64,000 nucleotides of DNA, from positions 36,510 through 100,509 of the IMG/VR virus record IMGVR_UViG_3300048998_000149; one strand, 5' to 3'. Source of the stretch: a virus (Duplodnaviria > Caudoviricetes). Under the pieces are notes generated by a model. It was not told where the DNA came from. It ran no database searches and saw nothing but the letters and a program-made list of their open reading frames with translations. Of the stretch, positions 57,062 through 64,000 are shown in pieces. Every line of letters starts with the position of its first letter. Position 1 is the stretch's first letter. The position numbers and the translations under genes are program-made.

Positions 57062-57256
57062 TTACCCCTTCAGTGCTCGCAGGAGCGCCGCCGGCACGAC
57101 CACGAGGTCTTCGTTGCCGGGCAGGCTGAGCTGTGCGCGGGTGGCAGCGTCGGGCCGGTAGCCGCGCATAAGCAGGCTCCCGTCCTCGAGTTCGTAGATC
57201 TCGGGGCAGTCGTCGCCTGCTCCGCAGTCCTTGGCCAAGCTCCTGACGATCTTCAT
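57062..57256 (-). CDS. Small partner protein of DUF6879/XRE triad
   Basis: C....CP.IY....G...RGY, LP..E..V.VP..LL. Confidence 0.7.
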   Translation of the reverse strand: MKIVRSLAKDCGAGDDCPEIYELEDGSLLMRGYRPDAATRAQLSLPGNEDLVVVPAALLRALKG

Positions 57257-57328
57257 GGGTTCCCTCCCGGGCCGGTGGTCCTTACCCGTCTAGTGTCCCC
57301 GCCATCAAGGTCGTCAGTCAATCTGGAC

Positions 57329-57356
57329 TTGAATATACGGATCGAAGGTGCATAAT
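57329..57356 (+). promoter_or_regulatory. SigA-like promoter for the transfer operon
   Basis: TTGAAT-16 nt-CATAAT in the divergent intergenic region. Confidence 0.5.
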
Positions 57357-57458
57357 GGCAACTAACCGGGACGCCCGCCGCTGACAGTGGACTTCCCTCC
57401 CCGGCTCGTGGCGGGTGACCCGGCTCCACTGACCTCCTACGCGGGAGCTGCAAAGCCG

Positions 57459-57743
57459 ATGACCACCGTCCAGCGCAACTACGAACTGTCCGAGGAGACC
57501 AAGGACCTGATTGACCAGGCGTACACCGCCCTTGACAAGGAGGTGTGTGCGATGCGCAAGCGGTTCGCCACTGAGACGGCCGCATGGCAACGCTCCGATG
57601 CTGGAGGGTTCGCGGGGGACTGGCTGGCAGACATGGCGCAGCTGCGCGACGCCGTGATGATCGCCGAGTGGAACACCAACCCTCTCACTGATGGCTGCAC
57701 TTCGTTCGACGAGAACGGCGACCCGATCGACGACGATGACTAG
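57459..57743 (+). CDS. Hypothetical protein
   Basis: GGGAG RBS; first gene of operon. Confidence 0.55.
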   Translation: MTTVQRNYELSEETKDLIDQAYTALDKEVCAMRKRFATETAAWQRSDAGGFAGDWLADMAQLRDAVMIAEWNTNPLTDGCTSFDENGDPIDDDD

Positions 57744-58065
57744 ACCGGCCCCCACCCCAAGAAAGCCCGCGACGTCTCCCCTGGCCGGCGGGGACGTCGC
57801 GGGCGCCGGTCTGACTGTCGTCGAGGACCTGCACTGGTCGAAGCGTCTGGGCACCTACCGGCCGTCCGGCATGGGCGACAGTTGGCTGTTCGCCGCCCCG
57901 ATCGCGGGTACCGCCATTGGCTGGGTCATCAACCACGGCCTGTGGGCTCAGGTGCTTTACCTGGCTGCGGGGGCGTTGGTGCTGGTCATCCTGGCCGATC
58001 TGATCGCCGAGCAGGTTCAGAAGGTCGAGAAGAAGCGTCGCAGGCTGGCACGAGCCAGCAGGTAA
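57736..58065 (+). CDS. Small two-TM membrane protein
   Basis: Hydrophobic helices, basic tail; start uncertain. Confidence 0.55.
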   Translation: MTRPAPTPRKPATSPLAGGDVAGAGLTVVEDLHWSKRLGTYRPSGMGDSWLFAAPIAGTAIGWVINHGLWAQVLYLAAGALVLVILADLIAEQVQKVEKKRRRLARASR

Positions 58066-58104
58066 GTAACCGGCGCGCAGCGCCACGACAGGAAGGTGAT
58101 CGAG

Positions 58105-58266
58105 ATGGGCAAGCGTGAGCGTGAGACGTTCAAGGCCGAACTGGAGAAGCTCGGCAAGATCAAGGAGGAGGGGCCGGAGTTCTACAAGCAGAACGCCAAG
58201 GTCGCCCGCGCGGAGAAGAAGCTCAACATCGCTGAGAACCTGTGGGTTCGGAACCAGGTGGACTGA
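58105..58266 (+). CDS. 53-aa charged protein (not in ORF track)
   Basis: MGKRERETFKAELEKLG...; AGGTG RBS; coupled to next. Confidence 0.5.
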   Translation: MGKRERETFKAELEKLGKIKEEGPEFYKQNAKVARAEKKLNIAENLWVRNQVD

Positions 58267-58406
58267 TGGGCATGTGGACACGAACGGTCCGCTCGAGTGT
58301 CAAGAAGACCGAGGTACGTGAGCAGGGTTGCCGGGGCGGCAGCTTCGGCGGCCGGGGCAGGACTGTCACCGGCAGCGCGCTGTCCGGCGGGAAGAGGAAG
58401 CGCTGA
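58266..58406 (+). CDS. 46-aa basic peptide (not in ORF track)
   Basis: TGATG coupling at both ends. Confidence 0.4.
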   Translation: MGMWTRTVRSSVKKTEVREQGCRGGSFGGRGRTVTGSALSGGKRKR

Positions 58407-58573
58407 TGGGCTTCTGCAAGGACGGCAACCACCAGCCGCGGCGGATGCGTCTGAATGACTGGGACGACGTGACCCAGTGCGCGCGCTCGGGCTGCGGGCA
58501 TTGGATTCAGGTCCACCACAACGTGCGGGGCTCGAACCCGAACTTCAGTCAGGGCAAGCGAAAGGGCGGGTAA
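58406..58573 (+). CDS. Small Cys/His peptide
   Basis: TGATG coupling; C....H...C....C. Confidence 0.45.
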   Translation: MGFCKDGNHQPRRMRLNDWDDVTQCARSGCGHWIQVHHNVRGSNPNFSQGKRKGG

Positions 58574-58576
58574 GCG

Positions 58577-60601
58577 GTGGCAGGCCGCCGTAAAAAGCTC
58601 CGCAACGCGAGCCCTATCGACTTGATGGGGCTCGTAGTTGTCTTCCTGGGCAAGCACGCCGGTCGGTTCGTGTGGCGTTGCCGGGCCGGGCTGATGCCGG
58701 TGTGGTGGTGTATCGCGTTCCTGGTCGCAGGCTGGGTGGGTTCGTGGTGGCCGCTGTACTGGCCCATCCCGATCAGCCTCGGGCTGGTGGTTGCGTCGGT
58801 GCTGTGGTTTGCGGGGGAGAAACTGTCGCCGCACGCACAGTCCATGTGGCTGTGGCTCGTCCCGGACGGCCTGGACGACGGCAAAGCCGGCGTGTTGGAC
58901 CGGGCCACCGAACGCGGGTATCTGTGCCTGCTGATGTTGGGCGGCGGTGGCTGGCTGTCGGCGCGGATGCAGTACGGCTGGGTCCAGGACGTCCAACTGG
59001 CGCTGCTGATCCTGCTGGCCGCGCTGGGGGTGCCGTGGTGGTGGCATCGGGGTTTCCGCCGCCGTAAGCCGTTGAACGTGTATGTGCGGAAGTGGAAGCG
59101 TGTCGAGCAGAACGAGGATTTGAAGGTTTGGCACGGCTCGAAGATCACGGGCACGACGACCGCGGCGAACGCGACGCTGCTGGTGGTGAAGCTGCGCGGC
59201 GGTCGCACCGTCAAACATGTCGGCGGGGATGCCCTGATCCTGTGTTCGCAGCTTGGGCTCCGTCCGGGGGCGATCACGGTGGCCGTCGACAAGGCGGCTG
59301 CTCGGCGGGTCCTGGTGCGGGTTGTGCCGCGCGACCCGTGGAAGGGGGCTCTTCCGCATCCGCTGCCGCCGGTCGGGTCGATGCTTCTGTCGAAGACCCC
59401 CAAGCCGACGGTCGGCAAGTATGAGGATGCTTCCGACGACATGCTCAAGCTTGGGCAACATCTCTTAGTGGTCGGCGCAACCGGTTCGGGCAAGTCGGTT
59501 TGGCTTGAGGCGTTGCTCGCGTGGATCTTGGCGTATGCGGATGCTCGGGTCGTCGCGGCCGACCTTGCCTCGGGCGCGACGTTCGGGATCTGGGAGACGG
59601 TGTTCGCCGCGCCCCTGGCCACGGATGTCCGGTCTGCGCTGGAGTTGTTGCGGCGCGTCTTCGGGGTCATCGAATACCGCGAGGGTCTGCTGTCGCGGAT
59701 GAAGCGCGAAGGTCAGCTCATCGACGTGCTCGAGCCGTCCCCGGAGATGCCGTGGCTGTTCTTCATCATCGACGAGTTCCCCGACCTGATCAAGGCGGCG
59801 AAACAGGCCAGCCTGGATGTCATCACCATCCTCGAGCGGCTGGCGAACAAGGGCCGCAAGGTTGGGGTGTGGCTCATCCTGGGGGCGCAGAACCCCACCG
59901 TCACCGATGTGGGCTCGACCGAGCTGCGCGGTGCGCTCACCGGCATCGTCGGGCTCGGCCTGTCGCAGCAGCAGTCCAAGACCTTGTGGGGTTCGGATCG
60001 CGCCGACGGTTGGGACTCGACGCCGCTCACGATCGGCACGTACCTGTTGCGGGATCGGGACGCCGAGCACCAGACGCCGCGGGTGGCGAAGGGTCTCTAC
60101 ATCCCCCCGCGTCAGCGTCTGGATTTGATCCGTGCGGCGTCATCTCGCCGCCAGCCGCTCGACCGACAGTCGGCGTTGATTCTCGAAGGAAACACGCCCG
60201 CAGTCCCGCTTGGGGAGACCGCCCGGACGGGCGCGTTTGAGGAGGTGGGGATGCCGGAGGCGGCGCAGCCCCGCCTCCGCGTGGTGCGGGAACCCGCCAG
60301 CGCCCGGGGCGGGAATCCCCCCGTGCTCGAGGCGGGAATCCCGACGCCTGCCGACGGAGGAATCTCGCGCGGGGCGTTCGCGGGAATCTTGGGGCACACG
60401 CGGGAATCCCGTTCGGCTGAACTTGACGAGAGGGTCTATGCCGAGGTTCCGGATTCCCGTCAGGGCGGCATCGGCGGGACAGACCTGGCAACGCAACTTG
60501 AGGTGTCGCGGGATCGGGTCAAGCGGTCGTTCGCCCGGCTGGAGAAGGCGGGGCGGGTCAGGCCTCACCCGCGTGGCGATGGCACCTGGTGCCGCACCTG
60601 A
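58577..60601 (+). CDS. traB: TraB-like FtsK/SpoIIIE DNA translocase
   Basis: N-terminal TM helices ending VPWWWHR, HLLVVGATGSGKS Walker A, FIIDEFPDL Walker B, GRKVGV.LI...QNP, C-terminal winged helix. Confidence 0.85.
   Translation: MAGRRKKLRNASPIDLMGLVVVFLGKHAGRFVWRCRAGLMPVWWCIAFLVAGWVGSWWPLYWPIPISLGLVVASVLWFAGEKLSPHAQSMWLWLVPDGLDDGKAGVLDRATERGYLCLLMLGGGGWLSARMQYGWVQDVQLALLILLAALGVPWWWHRGFRRRKPLNVYVRKWKRVEQNEDLKVWHGSKITGTTTAANATLLVVKLRGGRTVKHVGGDALILCSQLGLRPGAITVAVDKAAARRVLVRVVPRDPWKGALPHPLPPVGSMLLSKTPKPTVGKYEDASDDMLKLGQHLLVVGATGSGKSVWLEALLAWILAYADARVVAADLASGATFGIWETVFAAPLATDVRSALELLRRVFGVIEYREGLLSRMKREGQLIDVLEPSPEMPWLFFIIDEFPDLIKAAKQASLDVITILERLANKGRKVGVWLILGAQNPTVTDVGSTELRGALTGIVGLGLSQQQSKTLWGSDRADGWDSTPLTIGTYLLRDRDAEHQTPRVAKGLYIPPRQRLDLIRAASSRRQPLDRQSALILEGNTPAVPLGETARTGAFEEVGMPEAAQPRLRVVREPASARGGNPPVLEAGIPTPADGGISRGAFAGILGHTRESRSAELDERVYAEVPDSRQGGIGGTDLATQLEVSRDRVKRSFARLEKAGRVRPHPRGDGTWCRT
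60286..60460. repeat. GCGGGAATCCCG motif cluster in traB linker
   Basis: About seven copies (60286, 60309, 60332, 60356, 60380, 60400, 60449) read in different frames. Confidence 0.8.
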
Positions 60602-60688
60602 CGATGGTCCGCGCCTGCGCGCGTATAGACGTACACGCGAACCGCCCAGCAGCCCCACCGCCCGCCCAATCGCCCAGAGCTCGCCGGG

Positions 60689-61496
60689 TCATCTGATCCA
60701 TTCTCCGTGACCGTCGGGAGCTGCCTTCCCAGCCTTGCGGAGGCGGGTGAGTGTTCGGTACACCCTGGAGCGGTCCTCTCCAAGGCGCCGCGAGAGATCT
60801 GACGCGCCGATGGCCCCTTGTCCTTCCTGGGGGGATCTCGGCGAGCACCCGCGCGTTGAGATCAGCGAGCACTTCCTGACGCGACTTCCCCCACGGCACC
60901 TCATGCAGCATCTGGTCAGTTGCGGCGTCCACGCGTGCGGGAATGCCGTTCGCCGCATGCTCGGTTGGCGATTTGGGTGTACACCATGCTGCGTCAGGGA
61001 AGGCGTCGATCACATCGCTGAAGCGGCCGGTGACCTTCCAATGGCGGTCGCTGGCGGTGCGTTCGACGTCGCCCGCCTCGACTAGTTCATGGAGCAGGTC
61101 CCTGACCACGCGCGATGACATGCCTGCCTCGCGGGCGAGGCGCTTAGCGGAGACCCCCGATTCGAAGGATCTCAACGCCGTAAGTAGCTGGAACCGTTCG
61201 GTGCCAGGAAGGCACGAGCGACGCAGCCCGACAGTGTGGACGATGTTCTCGCGGGGCCCTTCCTCGGCGATTGCCCGCCGCTCCGCTTCCTCCGCCAGTG
61301 ACTTGTTGGGGTAACACTCCCAACCGATTGCGCCTACTTCCATCCACCAGTCCTGGCCGGTCAGGTGGTTGCGGACGCGTCCCCGGGGGTCATTGGTCGA
61401 CCCGACATACAGCAGTGCGCCGTGATGGCCGTAGATGCGGTAGACGAAGTGCGCGTAGTAGAACGGACGGTCGCTGAGCGGTAGACCGATGCTCAC
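60689..61496 (-). CDS. GIY-YIG nuclease + HTH + TraB-like winged helix (frameshift at C6 run 60829-60834)
   Basis: VYRIY...LLYVGST.DP..R..H; SAKRLAREAG HTH; shifted frame gives QGAIGASDLSRRLGEDRSRVYRTLTRLRKAG. Confidence 0.7.
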
Positions 61497-61708
61497 GAGC
61501 CGCCCCTGGGGCGACGACTACGGCGTTCCCGCCAGTACAAGCCGAACGGGCCGTCGATGTACCAGCCGCGCTTGGTGTTCCATGTTGCGAAGCCGAGGTG
61601 GATGGACAGGCTCACCCCGGTCTTGGCGAAGTTGAGCCACATGAAGTGGGGGATGAGCGGGAGCTTCTCGCGCCACCCCCAGGAGAAGCGGCGTCGTCGG
61701 CGGGTCAC
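61493..61708 (-). CDS. DUF4236-like small protein
   Basis: WLNFAKTGVSLS, WNT, P.GLYWR. Confidence 0.65.
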   Translation of the reverse strand: MTRRRRRFSWGWREKLPLIPHFMWLNFAKTGVSLSIHLGFATWNTKRGWYIDGPFGLYWRERRSRRPRGGS

Positions 61709-61901
61709 AGCGTCCCGCCTTCCCCGCAGGTTCGCTCTCCCCGAGGTTGTGCCGCATCTCGCCGGCCCACCATGCGTCGCCTGCGATGCGGTAGATGGTG
61801 ACGGCGCCGCGGTGGAGGTGTTCGGATGCCCACCGGAGGGCGTACGTGGTGTCGACGATGTAGCCGACGATGTGCATGACGTAGAAGCGGACTATCCGCA
61901 T
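61518..61901 (-). CDS. Hypothetical protein (3' end overlaps next gene; uncertain)
   Basis: GAGG RBS before ATG 61901. Confidence 0.4.
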   Translation of the reverse strand: MRIVRFYVMHIVGYIVDTTYALRWASEHLHRGAVTIYRIAGDAWWAGEMRHNLGESEPAGKAGRCDPPTTPLLLGVAREAPAHPPLHVAQLRQDRGEPVHPPRLRNMEHQARLVHRRPVRLVLAGTP

Positions 61902-61952
61902 GGTGCCTCTCTCGGGGTTTCCGGCAGGGGTGGGCGCCGGGGTGTGGTCAGG

Positions 61953-62105
61953 TTAGCTGCGGCTGCGCCTGTCGGCTCGGGCGGCGGCGAACCAGAAGGA
62001 TGCGGCGGCGGCGAGCGCCCAGATCCACCCGTACTGGAGCAGGACGATCCAGGTGGCGATGATGGCGACAACCACGGCGAAGGTGCGGCCGATCATCGGG
62101 TCCAT
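61953..62105 (-). CDS. Small membrane protein
   Basis: Two hydrophobic helices. Confidence 0.5.
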   Translation of the reverse strand: MDPMIGRTFAVVVAIIATWIVLLQYGWIWALAAAASFWFAAARADRRSRS

Positions 62106-62572
62106 CCGTTCGCCCGGTTCAGTTCGTCCAGCACGCCCGCGGGAACCGTGCAGGTGCCGCCGGTCTTGAGTTCCACGTCGATCCGCTGGAACTTGTATGT
62201 GAAGTCCCACATGGCGAAGGAGGCGCCGCTATTGCGCAGGGTGACCTGCTGGAAATATCTGCGGTGCTCGAAGCTGTTCCACACGTCGATTTGGACCACG
62301 TTGGGCCCGGGGGCGGTCACGCCCAGGGCTACCCCGTTGTGGGTCATCGAGTGCACGGTTACTAGGTCCGGGTCGCACAAGCGCGCACTGGGGGCCGTCT
62401 CGGCGGTGACTGGCGTGGTGTGCGTCGAGCTGAGCATCACTACGGCGGCCACGATGGCCAGCACCGCTGTTGCGGCGAGGACCGTCCAGGCCCGTGGCGA
62501 GAGGGAACGGGCCGACGGCGGGGTAGATGGCTGAGTGTTGTCTGGGAGTGTCGGAGCGACCGTCTCGGCCAT
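62093..62572 (-). CDS. Membrane-anchored exported protein
   Basis: One TM then beta domain with two Cys. Confidence 0.55.
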   Translation of the reverse strand: MAETVAPTLPDNTQPSTPPSARSLSPRAWTVLAATAVLAIVAAVVMLSSTHTTPVTAETAPSARLCDPDLVTVHSMTHNGVALGVTAPGPNVVQIDVWNSFEHRRYFQQVTLRNSGASFAMWDFTYKFQRIDVELKTGGTCTVPAGVLDELNRANGWTR

Positions 62573-62749
62573 GGAGTGGTGCCTCTGCTTCTTGGGGTGG
62601 TTGTGAGGTTTGGGTGAATGATCGCGTGGCGGGGTGGATTCCAATGCGGCCATTTGGGGGAGTGATTGTGGCAATGGGGCAGCTAGCCACCCCATTGCGG
62701 TTGAGTCTGTCGGCACTCATCATACAGCGTACACGTGATCTGGCCATAC

Positions 62750-63118
62750 CTACGGCGCGAGTCGCTCAGCCCCTCGGTGTTGCTCCAACAGCACGCTGAT
62801 CATGTGCAGCACCGCGTCCCGCTCCCGACGGGTCAACTGATCCACATCTTGGGGCAACTCCGCAGTGAACGGCGGCCCAGGCGCGGGCAGATCGGCCGCC
62901 CTATACGCAGCGTCGAGAGACACCCCCGCAAGCCAGGCGATTGCTTCGAGCAGTGGCTTGCCTGGTCGTGAGCTGTAGGTACCCTTCCGGATTTCGGCGA
63001 TAGTTGTCCGGTTGGTCTTAAACCCGTGGAGTTCGGCCAGGTTCGACAGATCGGAGACATACCGGGCGTGGTGTTTCTGGAACGCCATGTCGAGGAGGTC
63101 CCGCAAAGTCTCGCTCAC
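62750..63118 (-). CDS. Repressor-like HTH protein
   Basis: NRTTIAEIRKGTY...LEAIAWLAGV, PF.AELP..VD.L..RER; GGAGG RBS. Confidence 0.7.
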   Translation of the reverse strand: MSETLRDLLDMAFQKHHARYVSDLSNLAELHGFKTNRTTIAEIRKGTYSSRPGKPLLEAIAWLAGVSLDAAYRAADLPAPGPPFTAELPQDVDQLTRRERDAVLHMISVLLEQHRGAERLAP

Positions 63119-63501
63119 GTTCCCTCCTCCCATCCGCATGCCTGGGCGAGCGCCGTGACCGCAAACCACAGGCCGGTCACCTCGCCGGCATCAGCCTGCT
63201 TGTGCTCGGCGTAGAACTCCTGCGCACCTTGGTACTCGGCGAGGATCTTCCGGGCCGCGTCGTGCCGCAGCACCTCCTGACTGGGGGAGGGCTTGGCGCC
63301 GACTAGCTCGTCGTACTGCTCCCGGGTCAGATCGCAACGACAGGGGTCCACCCGGGTGCCAGTCAGGCCGACCCCCTCCATGCGATGGCCGCACCCCGGG
63401 CACGGTGCCCCGAAGTAGTCCTTGGTCCAAGTTCGCTTGCGGCTCTCCTGGGCCTCGAGCTTGTCCAGGTGGGCGGCCAGGAACTCGGCGGCGTCAGTCA
63501 T
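63115..63501 (-). CDS. DUF6221-like phage protein
   Basis: EFL.A.LD..E, VLR...A.R.IL..Y, V..LA. Confidence 0.55.
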   Translation of the reverse strand: MTDAAEFLAAHLDKLEAQESRKRTWTKDYFGAPCPGCGHRMEGVGLTGTRVDPCRCDLTREQYDELVGAKPSPSQEVLRHDAARKILAEYQGAQEFYAEHKQADAGEVTGLWFAVTALAQACGWEEGT

Positions 63502-63649
63502 CGGTGGCCACCCACTCACCGTTGCGCCAGACCCAGTCCTGAACGCGCCCGTCCCACCACCCATATCGCTTACGTAGCGGGTCCAGCCACGTCGTGATGT
63601 GATGGGGCGGGTCTGGCCCGTCGAACAACTCGTCGAACCCGTCGCTCAC
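63494..63649 (-). CDS. Small Trp-rich hypothetical protein
   Basis: GGAG RBS; coupled ORF. Confidence 0.5.
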   Translation of the reverse strand: MSDGFDELFDGPDPPHHITTWLDPLRKRYGWWDGRVQDWVWRNGEWVATDD

Positions 63650-63873
63650 CGCTTCTCCTCTCCCCGCCGCGCACGGCAAGCAGCCGGGGTGTGCACGGTC
63701 GTGTGCATCAGGAACGGATCATCCCGATCCGGGGACACCTCGTAGAGCATGCGGGTGCCCGTCACCGCGATCGCGACAACGGGGGTACCGCAGTTTTCGC
63801 ACGGCTCGACGCTGTCTAGAACTGTGCCGAGGCGGTCGGCTGGGATCCGGGGCTCGGCGGGGTCGTCACTCAC
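63646..63873 (-). CDS. Small zinc-binding hypothetical protein
   Basis: CENCG...HT...C; GTGA overlap. Confidence 0.55.
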   Translation of the reverse strand: MSDDPAEPRIPADRLGTVLDSVEPCENCGTPVVAIAVTGTRMLYEVSPDRDDPFLMHTTVHTPAACRARRGEEKR

Positions 63874-64000
63874 GGGTGCACCGGGTCGCTGGGCTCGAAC
63901 CGGACCTCGACGTGGCCGTTAGAGAGGGCCGAATGGTCATCGACGCTCGCCCAGTTGACGCTCTGCATGTAGTTGCTGACATCGAGCGGGGACAGCCAGC

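Noticed and set aside
58577-60601. FtsK protein as type VII secretion EccC or chromosomal FtsK
   Set aside because: Single ATPase domain with terminal wHTH, no WXG100 genes; plasmid-type context fits TraB better.

Overview
This window is most of the genome of a high-GC, long-tailed (siphovirus-like) actinobacteriophage, probably infecting a filamentous actinomycete. Both ends cut through genes, and no integrase, DNA polymerase or host housekeeping gene is visible. 1-12.4 kb: accessory region with an S53 sedolisin/kumamolisin protease, HNH and GIY-YIG nucleases, a DnaQ/RNase H-like exonuclease, tRNA-His, a TerS-like HTH protein, a J-domain protein and an orphan RuvB. 12.4-45 kb: virion module (TerL, portal, prohead protease-scaffold, capsid, tail tube, G/GT chaperone frameshift, tape measure, Dit-like protein, split hub, fibre and spike). 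45.2-48.1 kb: lysis (GH25 endolysin, holins). 48.2-53.3 kb: a cell-surface cassette (ferric reductase/FNR, secreted Cys-rich protein, LysM protein, class F sortase and a likely substrate). 53.3-54 kb: structured non-coding region. 54-61.5 kb: a Streptomyces plasmid/AICE-type module (DUF2637 spread-like protein, XRE/DUF5753 regulator triad, TraB/FtsK translocase). Three observations stand out. (i) Small early-region genes copy the extreme C-terminus of the phage's own tape measure protein and an internal domain of the adjacent tail protein, so they are candidate tail-assembly decoys. (ii) A near-palindrome, GCGGGAWTCCCGC, is arrayed in three clusters (intergenic, in the DUF2637 gene, in traB), suggesting a phage that also moves by TraB-type conjugation. 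(iii) A GIY-YIG nuclease carries a copy of the TraB winged helix behind a frameshift. Family assignments come from motif recognition by eye; no database search was run.
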